NCBI GenBank assembly: GCA_039807745.1
Contig: JBDHRV010000001.1
Span: forward strand, 4,705-68,704
Source: Burkholderiales bacterium
GTDB lineage: Bacteria > Pseudomonadota > Gammaproteobacteria > Burkholderiales > JAEUMW01
Length of the DNA: 64,000 nt
Reading direction: 5' to 3'
Shown here piece after piece: positions 28,160 to 40,789 of the stretch; position 1 is the stretch's first letter; each line of letters opens with the position of its first letter. The notes below the pieces were generated by a model. The model searched no databases. It was not told where the DNA came from and was given only the letters and a program-made list of their open reading frames with translations. A program made the position numbers and the translations under genes.

Positions 28160-29374
28160 CTAAGGGTTCCCGATGGTGTCCAGCACCTCGACCGGCCGGC
28201 TCGACTCGAGGACCAGTGCGAACGACACTCGCTCGAAGGTTCGGAACACGAAGAGCAGCCCGTACCGCTCCTTCGGGAGCATGTTGAGAGGACTGCGCTC
28301 GCTGACGATCGGCCGGGCAGCCGCAGTGCGCGGACCGGGCAGGCGCGGCGTCTGCGCCATCGGGTTATCCTGCAGTGCGGAGAGCTCCTGGGCCGGCCCC
28401 GGATCTCCCCAGTACGGCGGTCCGCGCCACGCGGATTGTGTCGTTTCGAGCTCTGCCGGGGTGCCCCAGAAGGGGCCGCCGGTACGCATCACGCGTCGGT
28501 GCGTGGCCGGATCGCGGTAGATGCCGAGCACCGTGCCTTCGTCCAAGCCGTCACGCGTGCCGCGATTGATGGCCACGATCGAGTTCTGCCCCATTTCGCG
28601 AAGATTGCTGTAGGCCGAGAGGATGCGACCGTCGATGTTCACCGCCGGGGCGTGCGGCGCGTAGGAATACGGCATGGGCTGACCGGCCGGCAGCAGGCGG
28701 TCGCCGATCCCGATCTCCCGTTTGACGGAAGCGATTTCGATCGTGCTGATCTCGCCGAACTCGACCACCCTGGCTTCACCGAGATAGATCGCCCCGTAGC
28801 CCAGGTATTCGCCGGTTTCGGGATCCACGATCGGCGCGGCCGGCCGGTAGGCGTGGACGGTGCGCCCCTCCTCGGGCCTGAGCCCCCGTGCGAAGGCTCT
28901 GCTGCCGTTGCCCATCATGACGCGGTTCTCGTCGCCCGCGACGATGCGCGGGGCGTCATCCAAGGTAGCCGCCGGGACCACCAGGGGGCGGCTGAGGAAC
29001 GGCTCGATGACCGCCGCCGGAACGGTGGGGATGGCCTGCGCGTTGAGCTCTTCGACGCGGACGCGCGGGCTCAGGCGGCCGGCCTCCGCGCCTCGCGTCA
29101 GGCGCAGCCGCGGCTCGGCACCGCTGCGATCGAGGACGATCACATCGCCCGGATAGATCCAGTGCGGGTTCCTGATCTGCTCGCGGTTGAGTTCCCAGAC
29201 CTCGGGCCAGCGCCACGGCTCCTTCAGGAACTTGCCGGCAATCCCCCACAGCGTGTCGCCTTTCACCACGGTGTATTGCTCCGGCGGACTGTCCGTCAGC
29301 GTGACCGCAGCGTTCGCGGCACCGGAGACGCAAAACGCGGTGAACAAAACGGCGGATATAATGGACTTAAGCAT
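28160..29374 (-). CDS. secreted LysM domain protein (peptidoglycan-binding)
   Basis: Signal peptide MLKSIISAVLFTAFCVSGAANA, then LysM YTVVKGDTLWGIAGKFL. Conserved position beside dprA, divergent from def. Confidence 0.85.
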   Translation of the reverse strand: MLKSIISAVLFTAFCVSGAANAAVTLTDSPPEQYTVVKGDTLWGIAGKFLKEPWRWPEVWELNREQIRNPHWIYPGDVIVLDRSGAEPRLRLTRGAEAGRLSPRVRVEELNAQAIPTVPAAVIEPFLSRPLVVPAATLDDAPRIVAGDENRVMMGNGSRAFARGLRPEEGRTVHAYRPAAPIVDPETGEYLGYGAIYLGEARVVEFGEISTIEIASVKREIGIGDRLLPAGQPMPYSYAPHAPAVNIDGRILSAYSNLREMGQNSIVAINRGTRDGLDEGTVLGIYRDPATHRRVMRTGGPFWGTPAELETTQSAWRGPPYWGDPGPAQELSALQDNPMAQTPRLPGPRTAAARPIVSERSPLNMLPKERYGLLFVFRTFERVSFALVLESSRPVEVLDTIGNP

Positions 29375-29501
29375 CGTCTACTCCACTTTCCCTCGGGGCG
29401 TTGCTGGAATCGAGTTTGATTGGAAGCTGTTTTCGCGCCAGGGGGCCGATCGTTCTCGTCGCACCAGGCTGCCTGGTTCTCACATGAGCTACCGCAAATA
29501 G

Positions 29502-30005
29502 ATGGCGATTCGTTCCATCCTGCAATATCCCGACGAGCGCCTGCACCGGATCGCCGAGCCCGTGGGGCAGGTGACCGACGACATCAAGGTGCTCGTCGCC
29601 GACCTGGCGGAGACCATGTACGCTGCGCCCGGCATCGGGCTGGCGGCGACCCAGGTGGACGTGCACAAGCGGGTGATCGTGATCGACATTTCGGACGCGC
29701 GTGACGAGCTTCTGGTGTTGATCGATCCCGAAATCGTCGCGCAGAGTGGCGCCACGGAATGCGAGGAAGGTTGTTTGTCGGTGCCCGGCGTCTACGAGAC
29801 CGTGCAACGCGCCGAACGCGTCACGGTGCGCGCGCTGGATCGCGGCGGGCGAGCGTTTGAACTGGAGGCGGAAGGGCTGCTGGCTGTCTGCATCCAGCAT
29901 GAGATGGATCATCTGCAGGGGCGGGTTTTCGTGGAGTACCTGTCGCGCCTGAAGCAGTCCCGCATAATCGCGAAACTTCGCAAGCTGCAACGCAAGGCCT
30001 CCTGA
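29502..30005 (+). CDS. def: peptide deformylase
   Basis: 167 aa with the three PDF motifs: [23 protein letters not shown]. Confidence 0.97.
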   Translation: MAIRSILQYPDERLHRIAEPVGQVTDDIKVLVADLAETMYAAPGIGLAATQVDVHKRVIVIDISDARDELLVLIDPEIVAQSGATECEEGCLSVPGVYETVQRAERVTVRALDRGGRAFELEAEGLLAVCIQHEMDHLQGRVFVEYLSRLKQSRIIAKLRKLQRKAS

Positions 30006-30127
30006 TCTCTGGACCTGAAGACTGGCTTACAACGCGGTCCCGGTGAACAATGGCGGAGTGGCTGCCGCAACCGCAGGCGGCGGCGGTTCAAGCACGTTTT
30101 GCACCCGCGATTGACACACTTCCGTCG

Positions 30128-31063
30128 ATGCGAATCATCTTTGCCGGTACCCCCGCCTTTGCTGCCATCGCGCTGCGCGCCCTGTGGGCTGCCGAGCACC
30201 ACGTCGTGTTAGTCCTCACTCAGCCTGACAGGCCCAGCGGCCGCGGGCTGGTAATGAAGACGAGCGAAGTGAAGCGGACCGCGCTGGAACACGGGTTGCC
30301 GCTCGAGCAGCCCGCTTCGCTGCGCGACGAAGCGGTGATCGCCCGACTGCGGTCGGTCGGCGCGGACGTGGTGGTCGTCGCGGCATACGGTCTCATTCTC
30401 CCGCCTGCCGTGCTCGAGGTGACGCCGCTCGGCTGCATCAACATTCACGCCTCGCTTCTGCCTCGCTGGCGTGGCGCGGCACCGATCCAGCGCGCGTTGC
30501 TCGCGGGCGACCCGGAGACCGGTGTGTCGATCATGCAGATGGATGCCGGGCTCGACACCGGGCCCGTCCTGCTCGAACGTCTCGTACGAATCGCGGACGA
30601 CGATACCGCCGGCACGCTGGAGGCAAAGCTCGCCGCGGTCGGGGCCGAGGCCATCGTGGCGGCGCTCGACGCGATAGAGCAGGGGCAAGTCGTCCCGCGC
30701 CCCCAGCCCGAGGCCGGTGTCAGTTACGCGCACAAGATCTCCCGCGAGGAAGCACGTCTCGACTGGTCACGGTCAGCGGTCGAGCTGGAACGGGCGGTTC
30801 GCGCCTTCGACCCAGTGCCCGGTGCGCATACGACGCTGGCCGGACAGGCGCTCAAGATCTGGCGCGCCCGTGCCGACGCACGGGCCGTCGAGACCGTCGC
30901 ATCGGGTACCGTAGTGGAGGGCGCGGGCGGCGATCTCGCCATCGTCTGCGGACAAGGCGTCCTCAGTATCGCGGAACTGCAGCGAGCCGGTGGGCGACGG
31001 CAGTCGGCCGCGGAATTCCTGCGCGGGACCCCGGTCGCACCAGGCACCCGTCTGGGCACTTGA
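30128..31063 (+). CDS. fmt: methionyl-tRNA formyltransferase
   Basis: [16 protein letters not shown]...[10 protein letters not shown]. The ATG at 30128 is chosen over the ORF-track 30050 by comparison with typical Fmt N-termini. Confidence 0.95.
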   Translation: MRIIFAGTPAFAAIALRALWAAEHHVVLVLTQPDRPSGRGLVMKTSEVKRTALEHGLPLEQPASLRDEAVIARLRSVGADVVVVAAYGLILPPAVLEVTPLGCINIHASLLPRWRGAAPIQRALLAGDPETGVSIMQMDAGLDTGPVLLERLVRIADDDTAGTLEAKLAAVGAEAIVAALDAIEQGQVVPRPQPEAGVSYAHKISREEARLDWSRSAVELERAVRAFDPVPGAHTTLAGQALKIWRARADARAVETVASGTVVEGAGGDLAIVCGQGVLSIAELQRAGGRRQSAAEFLRGTPVAPGTRLGT

Positions 31064-31127
31064 AATCGGCTGCCCCGGACGCAATCAATCGCTTGCTTCT
31101 CGTTGTCTGATTGGGAGATTCGGAACG

Positions 31128-31976
31128 ATGCTAGGCAGCTGGGTCAAGACCTTCGTGTTGATGGCCGCGATCGTCGCTTTGTTCGGCGCCATCGGCTACC
31201 TGATCGGGGGTGGTGCGGGCATGCTCATCGCGCTGGCCCTGGGAGGCGCCATGAACATCTGGGCGTACTGGAATTCCGACAAGCTCGTGCTGCGGATGTA
31301 CAACGCGCAGGCGGTGGACGAGACGACAGCCCCCGAGTTCCACGCGATGGTGCGCGACCTCGCTCAGCGCGCGGGCTTGCCGATGCCGAAGGTGTACGTC
31401 ATCCACGAAGATCAGCCCAACGCCTTCGCCACCGGGCGCAATCCGCAGAACGCCGCCGTCGCCGCGACCACCGGCATCATGCAAGTGCTGACACCGCGCG
31501 AGCTGCGCGGCGTCATGGCACACGAGCTCGCCCACGTCAGGCATCGCGACACCCTGATCAGCACCATTTCCGCGACGCTCGCCGGGGCGATCTCCTCGGT
31601 TGCGCAGCTCGGCATGCTGTTCGGCGGTCACCAGCGCGAGGGGGAAGGTTCGACGAACCCGCTCGTCGGCATGCTGATCATGCTGTTCGCGCCATTTGCC
31701 GCCATGCTCATCCAGTTCGCGATCTCGCGCTCGCGCGAGTTCGAGGCCGACCGTGGCGGCGCCGAGATCTCGGGCGATCCGAAGGCGCTGGCAGCCGCGC
31801 TGGACAAGATCGAGCGTTACGCGAAGGGGCTCCCCATGCACACCGCGGAACAACATCCCGAGACCGCACAGATGATGATCGTGAATCCGTTGTCGGGCGG
31901 CGGGCTCAAGGGCCTCTTCAGTACGCATCCGTCCACCCAGGAGCGCGTGGCACGCTTGCTCGCGATGCCGGGGTGA
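31128..31976 (+). CDS. htpX: zinc metalloprotease HtpX (M48 family)
   Basis: TM-rich N-terminus and [10 protein letters not shown] (HEXXH). ATG at 31128 preceded by GGGAGA. Confidence 0.92.
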   Translation: MLGSWVKTFVLMAAIVALFGAIGYLIGGGAGMLIALALGGAMNIWAYWNSDKLVLRMYNAQAVDETTAPEFHAMVRDLAQRAGLPMPKVYVIHEDQPNAFATGRNPQNAAVAATTGIMQVLTPRELRGVMAHELAHVRHRDTLISTISATLAGAISSVAQLGMLFGGHQREGEGSTNPLVGMLIMLFAPFAAMLIQFAISRSREFEADRGGAEISGDPKALAAALDKIERYAKGLPMHTAEQHPETAQMMIVNPLSGGGLKGLFSTHPSTQERVARLLAMPG

Positions 31977-32010
31977 AGACCCGCCGGAAATTCCGCAGCC
32001 GGCGCGTCGC

Positions 32011-33270
32011 TTGATCGAGATCCAGAAGGTCGCCGCCGAAACCGTCTGCAAGGTGCTCGCGGGGCGCAGTCTAGGATCCGTCCTGGACGGCCCCGACCCG
32101 CGCCTCGAAGGGTGGGCGCGCGCGACGTTCCTCGACGCGACCTACGGCACGCTGCGCCATCTGGGAGAGCTGCGCGCCTGTCTCGCACAGCTGCTGCGAC
32201 GGCCCCTGCGGCAGGGCATCGTGGAATCCCTCCTGCTCGTCGCGCTGTACCAGCTGCGCTATACCCGCACGGCGCCGCACGCCGTCGTCGACCACGCAGT
32301 GGACTGCACCGCAGCGCTCGGGGCAGCGCGCATGGGGGGGCTGGTGAACGCGGTGCTGCGCAATTTCCTGCGCGACGCCGACGGCGTCGTTTCGCGTGCA
32401 CGGGCGACCCCGGAAGGGTGGTTCTCCTATCCATCGTGGTGGATCGAGAAGCTGCAGCTGCAATATCCCGCGGCCTGGACCGGCATCCTCGATACGGGTA
32501 ACGAGCATCCCCCCTTCACGCTGCGTGTGCGGATCGGCCGCATGGCGATGGCGCACTATCTGGAATGGCTGCAGGAGGAGGGCATCGAGGCGCACCAGTC
32601 GGGCGAGAGTGCCGTGACGCTGGCACGCCCGCTGCCGGTGGCCGAGGTCCCGGGGTTCGCGGGGGGGATGGTGTCGGTGCAGGATGCCGGGGCCCAGTTC
32701 GCCGCGCCGCTGCTCGACCTCGACGACGACATGCGCGTGCTCGATGCCTGTGCTGCGCCCGGTGGCAAGGCCTCGCACATTCTGGAGCTCGCGCGCGTCA
32801 GGTTGCTGGCGCTCGATTGCGACGAGCGCAGACTGCGACGGGTGCAGGAGAATCTCGACCGCCTCGGTCTCGCGGCGCAGGTCGTCGCGGGGGATGCGGC
32901 GCGGCCTGGGATGTGGTGGGATGGTGCACCGTTCGACCGCATACTGGCCGACGTGCCGTGCTCCGCTTCCGGGGTCGTGCGCCGGCACCCGGACGTCAAA
33001 TGGTTGCGGCGTCCGGCCGACCTCGACGGGTTCGCCGCGCATCAGGCCGCCCTCCTCGACGCCCTTTGGCACACGCTGCGCCGAGGTGGTAAATTGCTGT
33101 ACGCAACCTGTTCTGTCTTTCGCGAGGAGAATCAGGATCAGGCGGACCGATTCCTCAACCGCCATCGAGATGCGCGCCGCCTTCCCCTAGCCGCGTTGCC
33201 GGATGACGGCATGCTGCTTCCGAACCGCGATCATGACGGCTTCTTCTACGCCCTGTTCGAGAAGGACTGA
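32011..33270 (+). CDS. rsmB: 16S rRNA (cytosine967-C5)-methyltransferase
   Basis: SAM motif DACAAPGGK, catalytic DVPCSASGVVRRHPD and LLYATCSV. TTG start at 32011. Confidence 0.93.
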   Translation: MIEIQKVAAETVCKVLAGRSLGSVLDGPDPRLEGWARATFLDATYGTLRHLGELRACLAQLLRRPLRQGIVESLLLVALYQLRYTRTAPHAVVDHAVDCTAALGAARMGGLVNAVLRNFLRDADGVVSRARATPEGWFSYPSWWIEKLQLQYPAAWTGILDTGNEHPPFTLRVRIGRMAMAHYLEWLQEEGIEAHQSGESAVTLARPLPVAEVPGFAGGMVSVQDAGAQFAAPLLDLDDDMRVLDACAAPGGKASHILELARVRLLALDCDERRLRRVQENLDRLGLAAQVVAGDAARPGMWWDGAPFDRILADVPCSASGVVRRHPDVKWLRRPADLDGFAAHQAALLDALWHTLRRGGKLLYATCSVFREENQDQADRFLNRHRDARRLPLAALPDDGMLLPNRDHDGFFYALFEKD

Positions 33271-33820
33271 AGCAAACTGGGCCTGGCGGGCGTGGGGGGC
33301 CGCGGTGCTCTCGGCCGTGGTCCTGTGCGCGTCGGCGCAGGGCATTCTTGTAACCTCGGCGGAGATCGTGCCGGGTGACGACGAGTACTATCTCAACGCG
33401 GATTTCGACATCGTGCTGGGTGCGGCGGTGGAATCGGCGTTGAACCGCGGTGTGCCGTTGACGTTCGTCGTCGAGGCGCAGTTGACGCGCCCGCGCTGGT
33501 ACTGGTTCGACGAGACGGCAGGCGAGACGCGCAGCCAGTATCGGCTGAGCTACAACGCGCTTACCCAGCAGTACCGCGTCGCAGTGGGCAATCTGTTCCA
33601 GAACTTCGGCACGCTGGCAGAAGCGCTGCAGCTCCTGTCGCGGGTGCGCAACCGGGCACTGGCCGAACGCGACGCGCTAAAAAAGGGCGAGACCTACCGC
33701 GCCGGCGTGCGTTTCTGGCTCGACACGACCCAGCTGCCGAAGCCGTTTCAGGTCACGGCCCTGGGGTCGCGGGAATGGTCGCTCAATTCGAACTGGCATC
33801 GCTGGAACTTCACGCCATGA
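33233..33820 (+). CDS. DUF4390 domain protein (secreted)
   Basis: Hydrophobic leader ...AAVLSAVVLCASAQG, then EYYLNADFDIVLGAAVESALNRGVPLTFVVE..RPRWYWFDE. Start uncertain (ATG 33233 or GTG 33305). The stop overlaps the ntrY ATG. Confidence 0.75.
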   Translation: MTASSTPCSRRTEANWAWRAWGAAVLSAVVLCASAQGILVTSAEIVPGDDEYYLNADFDIVLGAAVESALNRGVPLTFVVEAQLTRPRWYWFDETAGETRSQYRLSYNALTQQYRVAVGNLFQNFGTLAEALQLLSRVRNRALAERDALKKGETYRAGVRFWLDTTQLPKPFQVTALGSREWSLNSNWHRWNFTP

Positions 33821-36018
33821 GAGCGGCGCGTTCCCGTCTCGCGACCCTGCTGCGACGACGTCGCATTCAGTACGCGCTCATCGTCATCCTGGGGTTCGGC
33901 GCCCTCGCGCTGTATGTCCTGTCGCTCGCAACCTCCAACAGCGAGCTTTTCAGCCGGCACTATCCGATCCTGCTGCTCGTGAACGGCGGGCTCGTCCTCG
34001 CGCTCTTCGGGCTGGTCGGCTTTCAGTTGTGGAGCCTGCTCGGCAAGCTGCGGACGCGCGTGTTCGGCGCCAAGCTCACCTTGCGCCTCGTGGTCATGTT
34101 CGCGCTCATGGCGGTCGTGCCCGGCATCCTGATCTATGCGCTATCGGTGCAGTTTCTCGTGCGTTCGATCGACTCGTGGTTCGACGTGCAGGTCGACCGC
34201 GCGATGGAGAGCAGCCTGCGGCTGGGGCGCTCCGCGCTCGACAGCATGCTGAAGGATCTGGCCAACAAGGCCGACGCGATGGCGTTCGACCTGTCGGAGG
34301 TGCCGCAGTCCGATCATCTGTCCGTCCTCAACCAGCTGCGCGAGCGCATCGGCGCGCAAGAGGCGACGCTCTTCAACCAGCGCGGCACGGTCATCGCGTT
34401 CTCGAGCGCGGAGCGCTCGATCCTCGCCCCCGAGGTTCCGAGCGCGGCCGTGCTGCGTCGCGTGCGCATCGCACAGTCCTACAGCGCGGTCGAATCCATC
34501 CCCGGCCAGGGACTGCAGTTGCGCGTCGTGGTGCCGATCACCGCGTTCGGTCCCGGCCAGGACGTGCGCATGCTGCAGCTCCTGCAGCCGGTACCACCCG
34601 ACATCGCGGCCGATGCCGACACCGTGCAGGGGATGTACCGCGACTACCAGGAGCTCCTGCTGTCGCGCGTCGGCCTGAAGCGGCTGTACGGCGTGACGCT
34701 GACGCTCGCGCTGCTGCTCGCCCTGCTCTCCGCGCTCGCGGTGGCTTTCTACCTGAGCGAACGGCTGTCGGCACCTCTGGGCGTGCTCGCGCAAGGTACG
34801 CGCGCAGTGGCGCAGGGCAATCTCAGCGAACAGCTGCCAGTGCCGAGCCGCGACGAACTCGGGGTGCTCACGCAGTCGTTCAACGCCATGACGCGGCAGC
34901 TCGCCGATGCGCGCGCCGCGGTCGAACGCAACCAGGCACAGCTCGAAACCGCGAAAGCCTACATCGAGAGCACGCTCGCCAATCTCTCGGCGGGCGTCCT
35001 CGCCTTCGACGAAGCGCTCAAGCTGCGGGCGTGCAACGTGAGCGCCGGCGTGATCCTCGAGATCGAGACCGCGTCCCTCAAGGACATTCCGCTCGACGCA
35101 TGGGGAACGGCGGAGCCGCGCCTCGCGCCGTTCTCGGCAGCGGTCCGCGAAGCCTTCGAGGACGCGGCAGACAGCGAATGGGAAAAACAGCTCGAGCACC
35201 ATGCGAAGAGCGGTGAGCGTTTGCTGCTGGTGCGCGGCACGCGTTTCCAGGCCGCCGATGGCACCGGCCGCGTGGTGGTATTCGACGACATCACGCACCT
35301 GATCCAGGCGCAGCGGGACGCCGCCTGGGCCGAGGTGGCGCGGCGTCTCGCGCACGAGATCAAAAACCCGCTCACGCCGATACAGCTCTCGGCGGAGCGG
35401 CTGCAGCGCAAGCTGCACGACAAGCTGGGGGCGGCGGATGCGGAAATGCTGGACCGCTCCACGCGCACCATCGTGAACCAGGTGGCGGCATTGAAGGGCA
35501 TGGTCGACGCCTTCAGCCAGTACGCGCGCTCACCCGAGGCAACGGTGCAAAGCGTCGACGTCAATCAACTCGTGCGCGAGATCCTCACCCTGTACGACGC
35601 GATGGGATCGCATATCCGCGCCGAGCTGGCGCCCCGGCTCGATCCGGTGTTCGGGCATCCGGGGCAGATCCGGCAGCTCGTCCACAATCTGCTGCAAAAC
35701 GCCCAGGACGCGGTGGCGGGCGTGAGCGAACCGCGCATCACGATCCGCACCGAACAGAAGGACGGGGCCCTTCTCCTCGCCATCGAAGATAACGGGGTCG
35801 GCGTCCCGGATGCGCTGCTCGCACGGGTGTTCGAGCCTTACGTGACGACCAAGCCCAAGGGCACCGGTCTTGGGCTCGCCATCGTCAAGAAGATCGTCGA
35901 GGAGCACGCGGGCAAAGTGGAGATCGAGAATCTGCGGCCCCACGGCGCGGCGGTTCGCATTATGCTGCCGCTGCTTGCCCCGCGCACGGCGGCACGCAAG
36001 ACTGAAGCGAAGGCATAG
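33817..36018 (+). CDS. ntrY: NtrY-type sensor histidine kinase (TM-HAMP-PAS-HisKA-HATPase)
   Basis: N-terminal TM segments, HAMP-like region, H-box LAHEIKNPLTPIQLSAERL, and a G-box region …TKPKGTGLGLAIVKKIVEEH. The ATG at 33817 forms ATGA with the upstream stop. Confidence 0.88.
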   Translation: MRAARSRLATLLRRRRIQYALIVILGFGALALYVLSLATSNSELFSRHYPILLLVNGGLVLALFGLVGFQLWSLLGKLRTRVFGAKLTLRLVVMFALMAVVPGILIYALSVQFLVRSIDSWFDVQVDRAMESSLRLGRSALDSMLKDLANKADAMAFDLSEVPQSDHLSVLNQLRERIGAQEATLFNQRGTVIAFSSAERSILAPEVPSAAVLRRVRIAQSYSAVESIPGQGLQLRVVVPITAFGPGQDVRMLQLLQPVPPDIAADADTVQGMYRDYQELLLSRVGLKRLYGVTLTLALLLALLSALAVAFYLSERLSAPLGVLAQGTRAVAQGNLSEQLPVPSRDELGVLTQSFNAMTRQLADARAAVERNQAQLETAKAYIESTLANLSAGVLAFDEALKLRACNVSAGVILEIETASLKDIPLDAWGTAEPRLAPFSAAVREAFEDAADSEWEKQLEHHAKSGERLLLVRGTRFQAADGTGRVVVFDDITHLIQAQRDAAWAEVARRLAHEIKNPLTPIQLSAERLQRKLHDKLGAADAEMLDRSTRTIVNQVAALKGMVDAFSQYARSPEATVQSVDVNQLVREILTLYDAMGSHIRAELAPRLDPVFGHPGQIRQLVHNLLQNAQDAVAGVSEPRITIRTEQKDGALLLAIEDNGVGVPDALLARVFEPYVTTKPKGTGLGLAIVKKIVEEHAGKVEIENLRPHGAAVRIMLPLLAPRTAARKTEAKA

Positions 36019-36027
36019 GAACGACGC

Positions 36028-37287
36028 ATGACGCAGATTCTGGTGGTGGACGACGAGGTCGGCATCCGCGAGTTGCTCTCGGAGATTCTCGAAGACGAGG
36101 GCTACCAGGTGCGGCTCGCCGAGAACGCCGGGCAGGCGCGGGAGGTGCGTACGCAGGGTCGCCCCGACCTGGTCCTGCTCGACATCTGGATGCCCGACAC
36201 GGACGGCATCACGCTGCTCAAGGAGTGGGCAAGCTCCGGGCTGCTCACCATGCCGGTCGTGATGATGTCGGGTCATGGCACGATCGACACCGCGGTCGAG
36301 GCCACCCGGATCGGCGCCTACGACTTCCTCGAAAAACCGATCGCACTGCAAAAGCTCCTGTCGACAGTGGGCCGGGCGCTGCGCCAGGGCATCGTGCAGC
36401 CGAAGCCGGCGCTGTCGCTCGCGAGCCTGGGGCGCGCGGCTCTCATCTCCGACCTCAAACAACGCCTGGAGCGGGTGGGCAACCTGAAGACGCCCGTGCT
36501 GCTGACCGCAGAGCCGGGGTGTGGCGTCGAGCTGTGCGCGGGTTTTCTGCACCGGCCGAACACGCCCTGGGTCGCGCCGGAGTCGCTTGCGGTGCTGGCG
36601 GAGGCGCCGGTCGATCTGCTCACCGAGGCGAAGGAAGGCACGCTTTTCCTGCCCGAGGTGGGCAACCTCAACAAGCTCGAGCAGAAGGGGCTTGCCCTGC
36701 TCGTCTCCAAGCTCGACAAGTACAACGTGCGGCTGGTGTGTGCGAGCGCGAAGTCGCTGCCGGAACTGGTGGCACAGGGCGCCTTCGATTCGCGCCTGCT
36801 GCAGAGTCTGTCGGGGCTCACCATCCGCGTGCCGAGCCTGCGCGAGCACCGCGAGGACGTGCCGGAGCTAGCGAACCTGTTCCTGTCGCGGCTCGTCGAG
36901 GCGCGGGAGGCACCCCCGCGATCGTTCAGCACGGCCGCGCTGAATGCGCTGCGCAACTGCGACTGGCCGGGCAATCTGTCACAGCTCGAGGCCACGGTGA
37001 AGACGCTGGCGCTCACCGCCCTGCAGGATGAGATCACGCTCGCCGACGTGAACCGCGTGCTCGCGCAGTTCGACGTCGAACTGCCGACGCTGGCGAAAAC
37101 GCTGCCGCTCCACCTCACCCTGCGCGAGGCGCGCGACGCCTTCGAGCGTGTCTACTTCGAGCATCACATCGCCCGCGAGGGCGGCAACATGAGTCGGGTG
37201 GCCGAGAAGGTCGGCCTCGAACGCACGCATCTCTATCGCAAGCTGAAGCAGCTGGGGGTGCGCCTGTCGCGGCGGGTGGAGGACTGA
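36028..37287 (+). CDS. ntrX: NtrX-type response regulator (REC, degenerate AAA+, Fis-type HTH)
   Basis: REC domain: ILVVDDE, LLDIWMPDTDG, EKP. C-terminal HTH: GGNMSRVAEKVGLERTHLYRKLKQLGV. The central domain has AEPGCGVE where GxxGxGKE is expected and LFLPE where LFLDE is expected. Confidence 0.85.
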   Translation: MTQILVVDDEVGIRELLSEILEDEGYQVRLAENAGQAREVRTQGRPDLVLLDIWMPDTDGITLLKEWASSGLLTMPVVMMSGHGTIDTAVEATRIGAYDFLEKPIALQKLLSTVGRALRQGIVQPKPALSLASLGRAALISDLKQRLERVGNLKTPVLLTAEPGCGVELCAGFLHRPNTPWVAPESLAVLAEAPVDLLTEAKEGTLFLPEVGNLNKLEQKGLALLVSKLDKYNVRLVCASAKSLPELVAQGAFDSRLLQSLSGLTIRVPSLREHREDVPELANLFLSRLVEAREAPPRSFSTAALNALRNCDWPGNLSQLEATVKTLALTALQDEITLADVNRVLAQFDVELPTLAKTLPLHLTLREARDAFERVYFEHHIAREGGNMSRVAEKVGLERTHLYRKLKQLGVRLSRRVED

Positions 37288-37358
37288 GCCTCGCGCACGG
37301 CGGGAGGGCGGCGACAACACGACCCCGCTGCCTGGGCGCTCTCGACCCGGGGGCGCCT

Positions 37359-37373
37359 TTATGGTTGCGATAA
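37359..37373. promoter_or_regulatory. TTAT-N7-ATAA dyad (LysR-type T-N11-A pattern) in the ntrX-tkt spacer
   Basis: ttatggttgcgataa, at the start of an AT-rich patch in a 305-bp spacer. Pattern match only. Confidence 0.2.
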
Positions 37374-37592
37374 CAAGAAATAGCTTTCCTTAATTTTCGG
37401 TCTTCGGAATAATTCGCGGGGAAAGCGCAGAAATCCGTGCATCGGGGAGAACGGGTTCGGCCGTCGTGAGGCGCGGTCCTGACGGGCAACCGCGGGAAAC
37501 GTCCAGGCGCGCGCTTTCGCCTGTATCGGCCGGCGCGACCGCACGCGTGTGCGTGTCATCTCATCTCTACTATGGTTCGAGGAAAGCCCCCT

Positions 37593-40681
<3,089 letters not shown>

Positions 40682-40690
40682 TGGTCGCGT

Positions 40691-40736
40691 AGCGGGAGCC
40701 CCGACCCCCCGATTCCGGGGTGGCCGGGGTTCCCGC
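40691..40736 (+). other. long GC-rich stem-loop in the gap-pgk spacer
   Basis: agcgggagccccgacc-ccccg-attc-cgggg-t-ggccggggttcccgct gives about 20 paired positions with one mismatch, one G-U pair and one bulge. No U-tract follows. Confidence 0.45.
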
Positions 40737-40789
40737 TCATCCGTCATGCACGGTTGAAGTATCCCTTTTCCGTTCACGGAGCCAGACAA

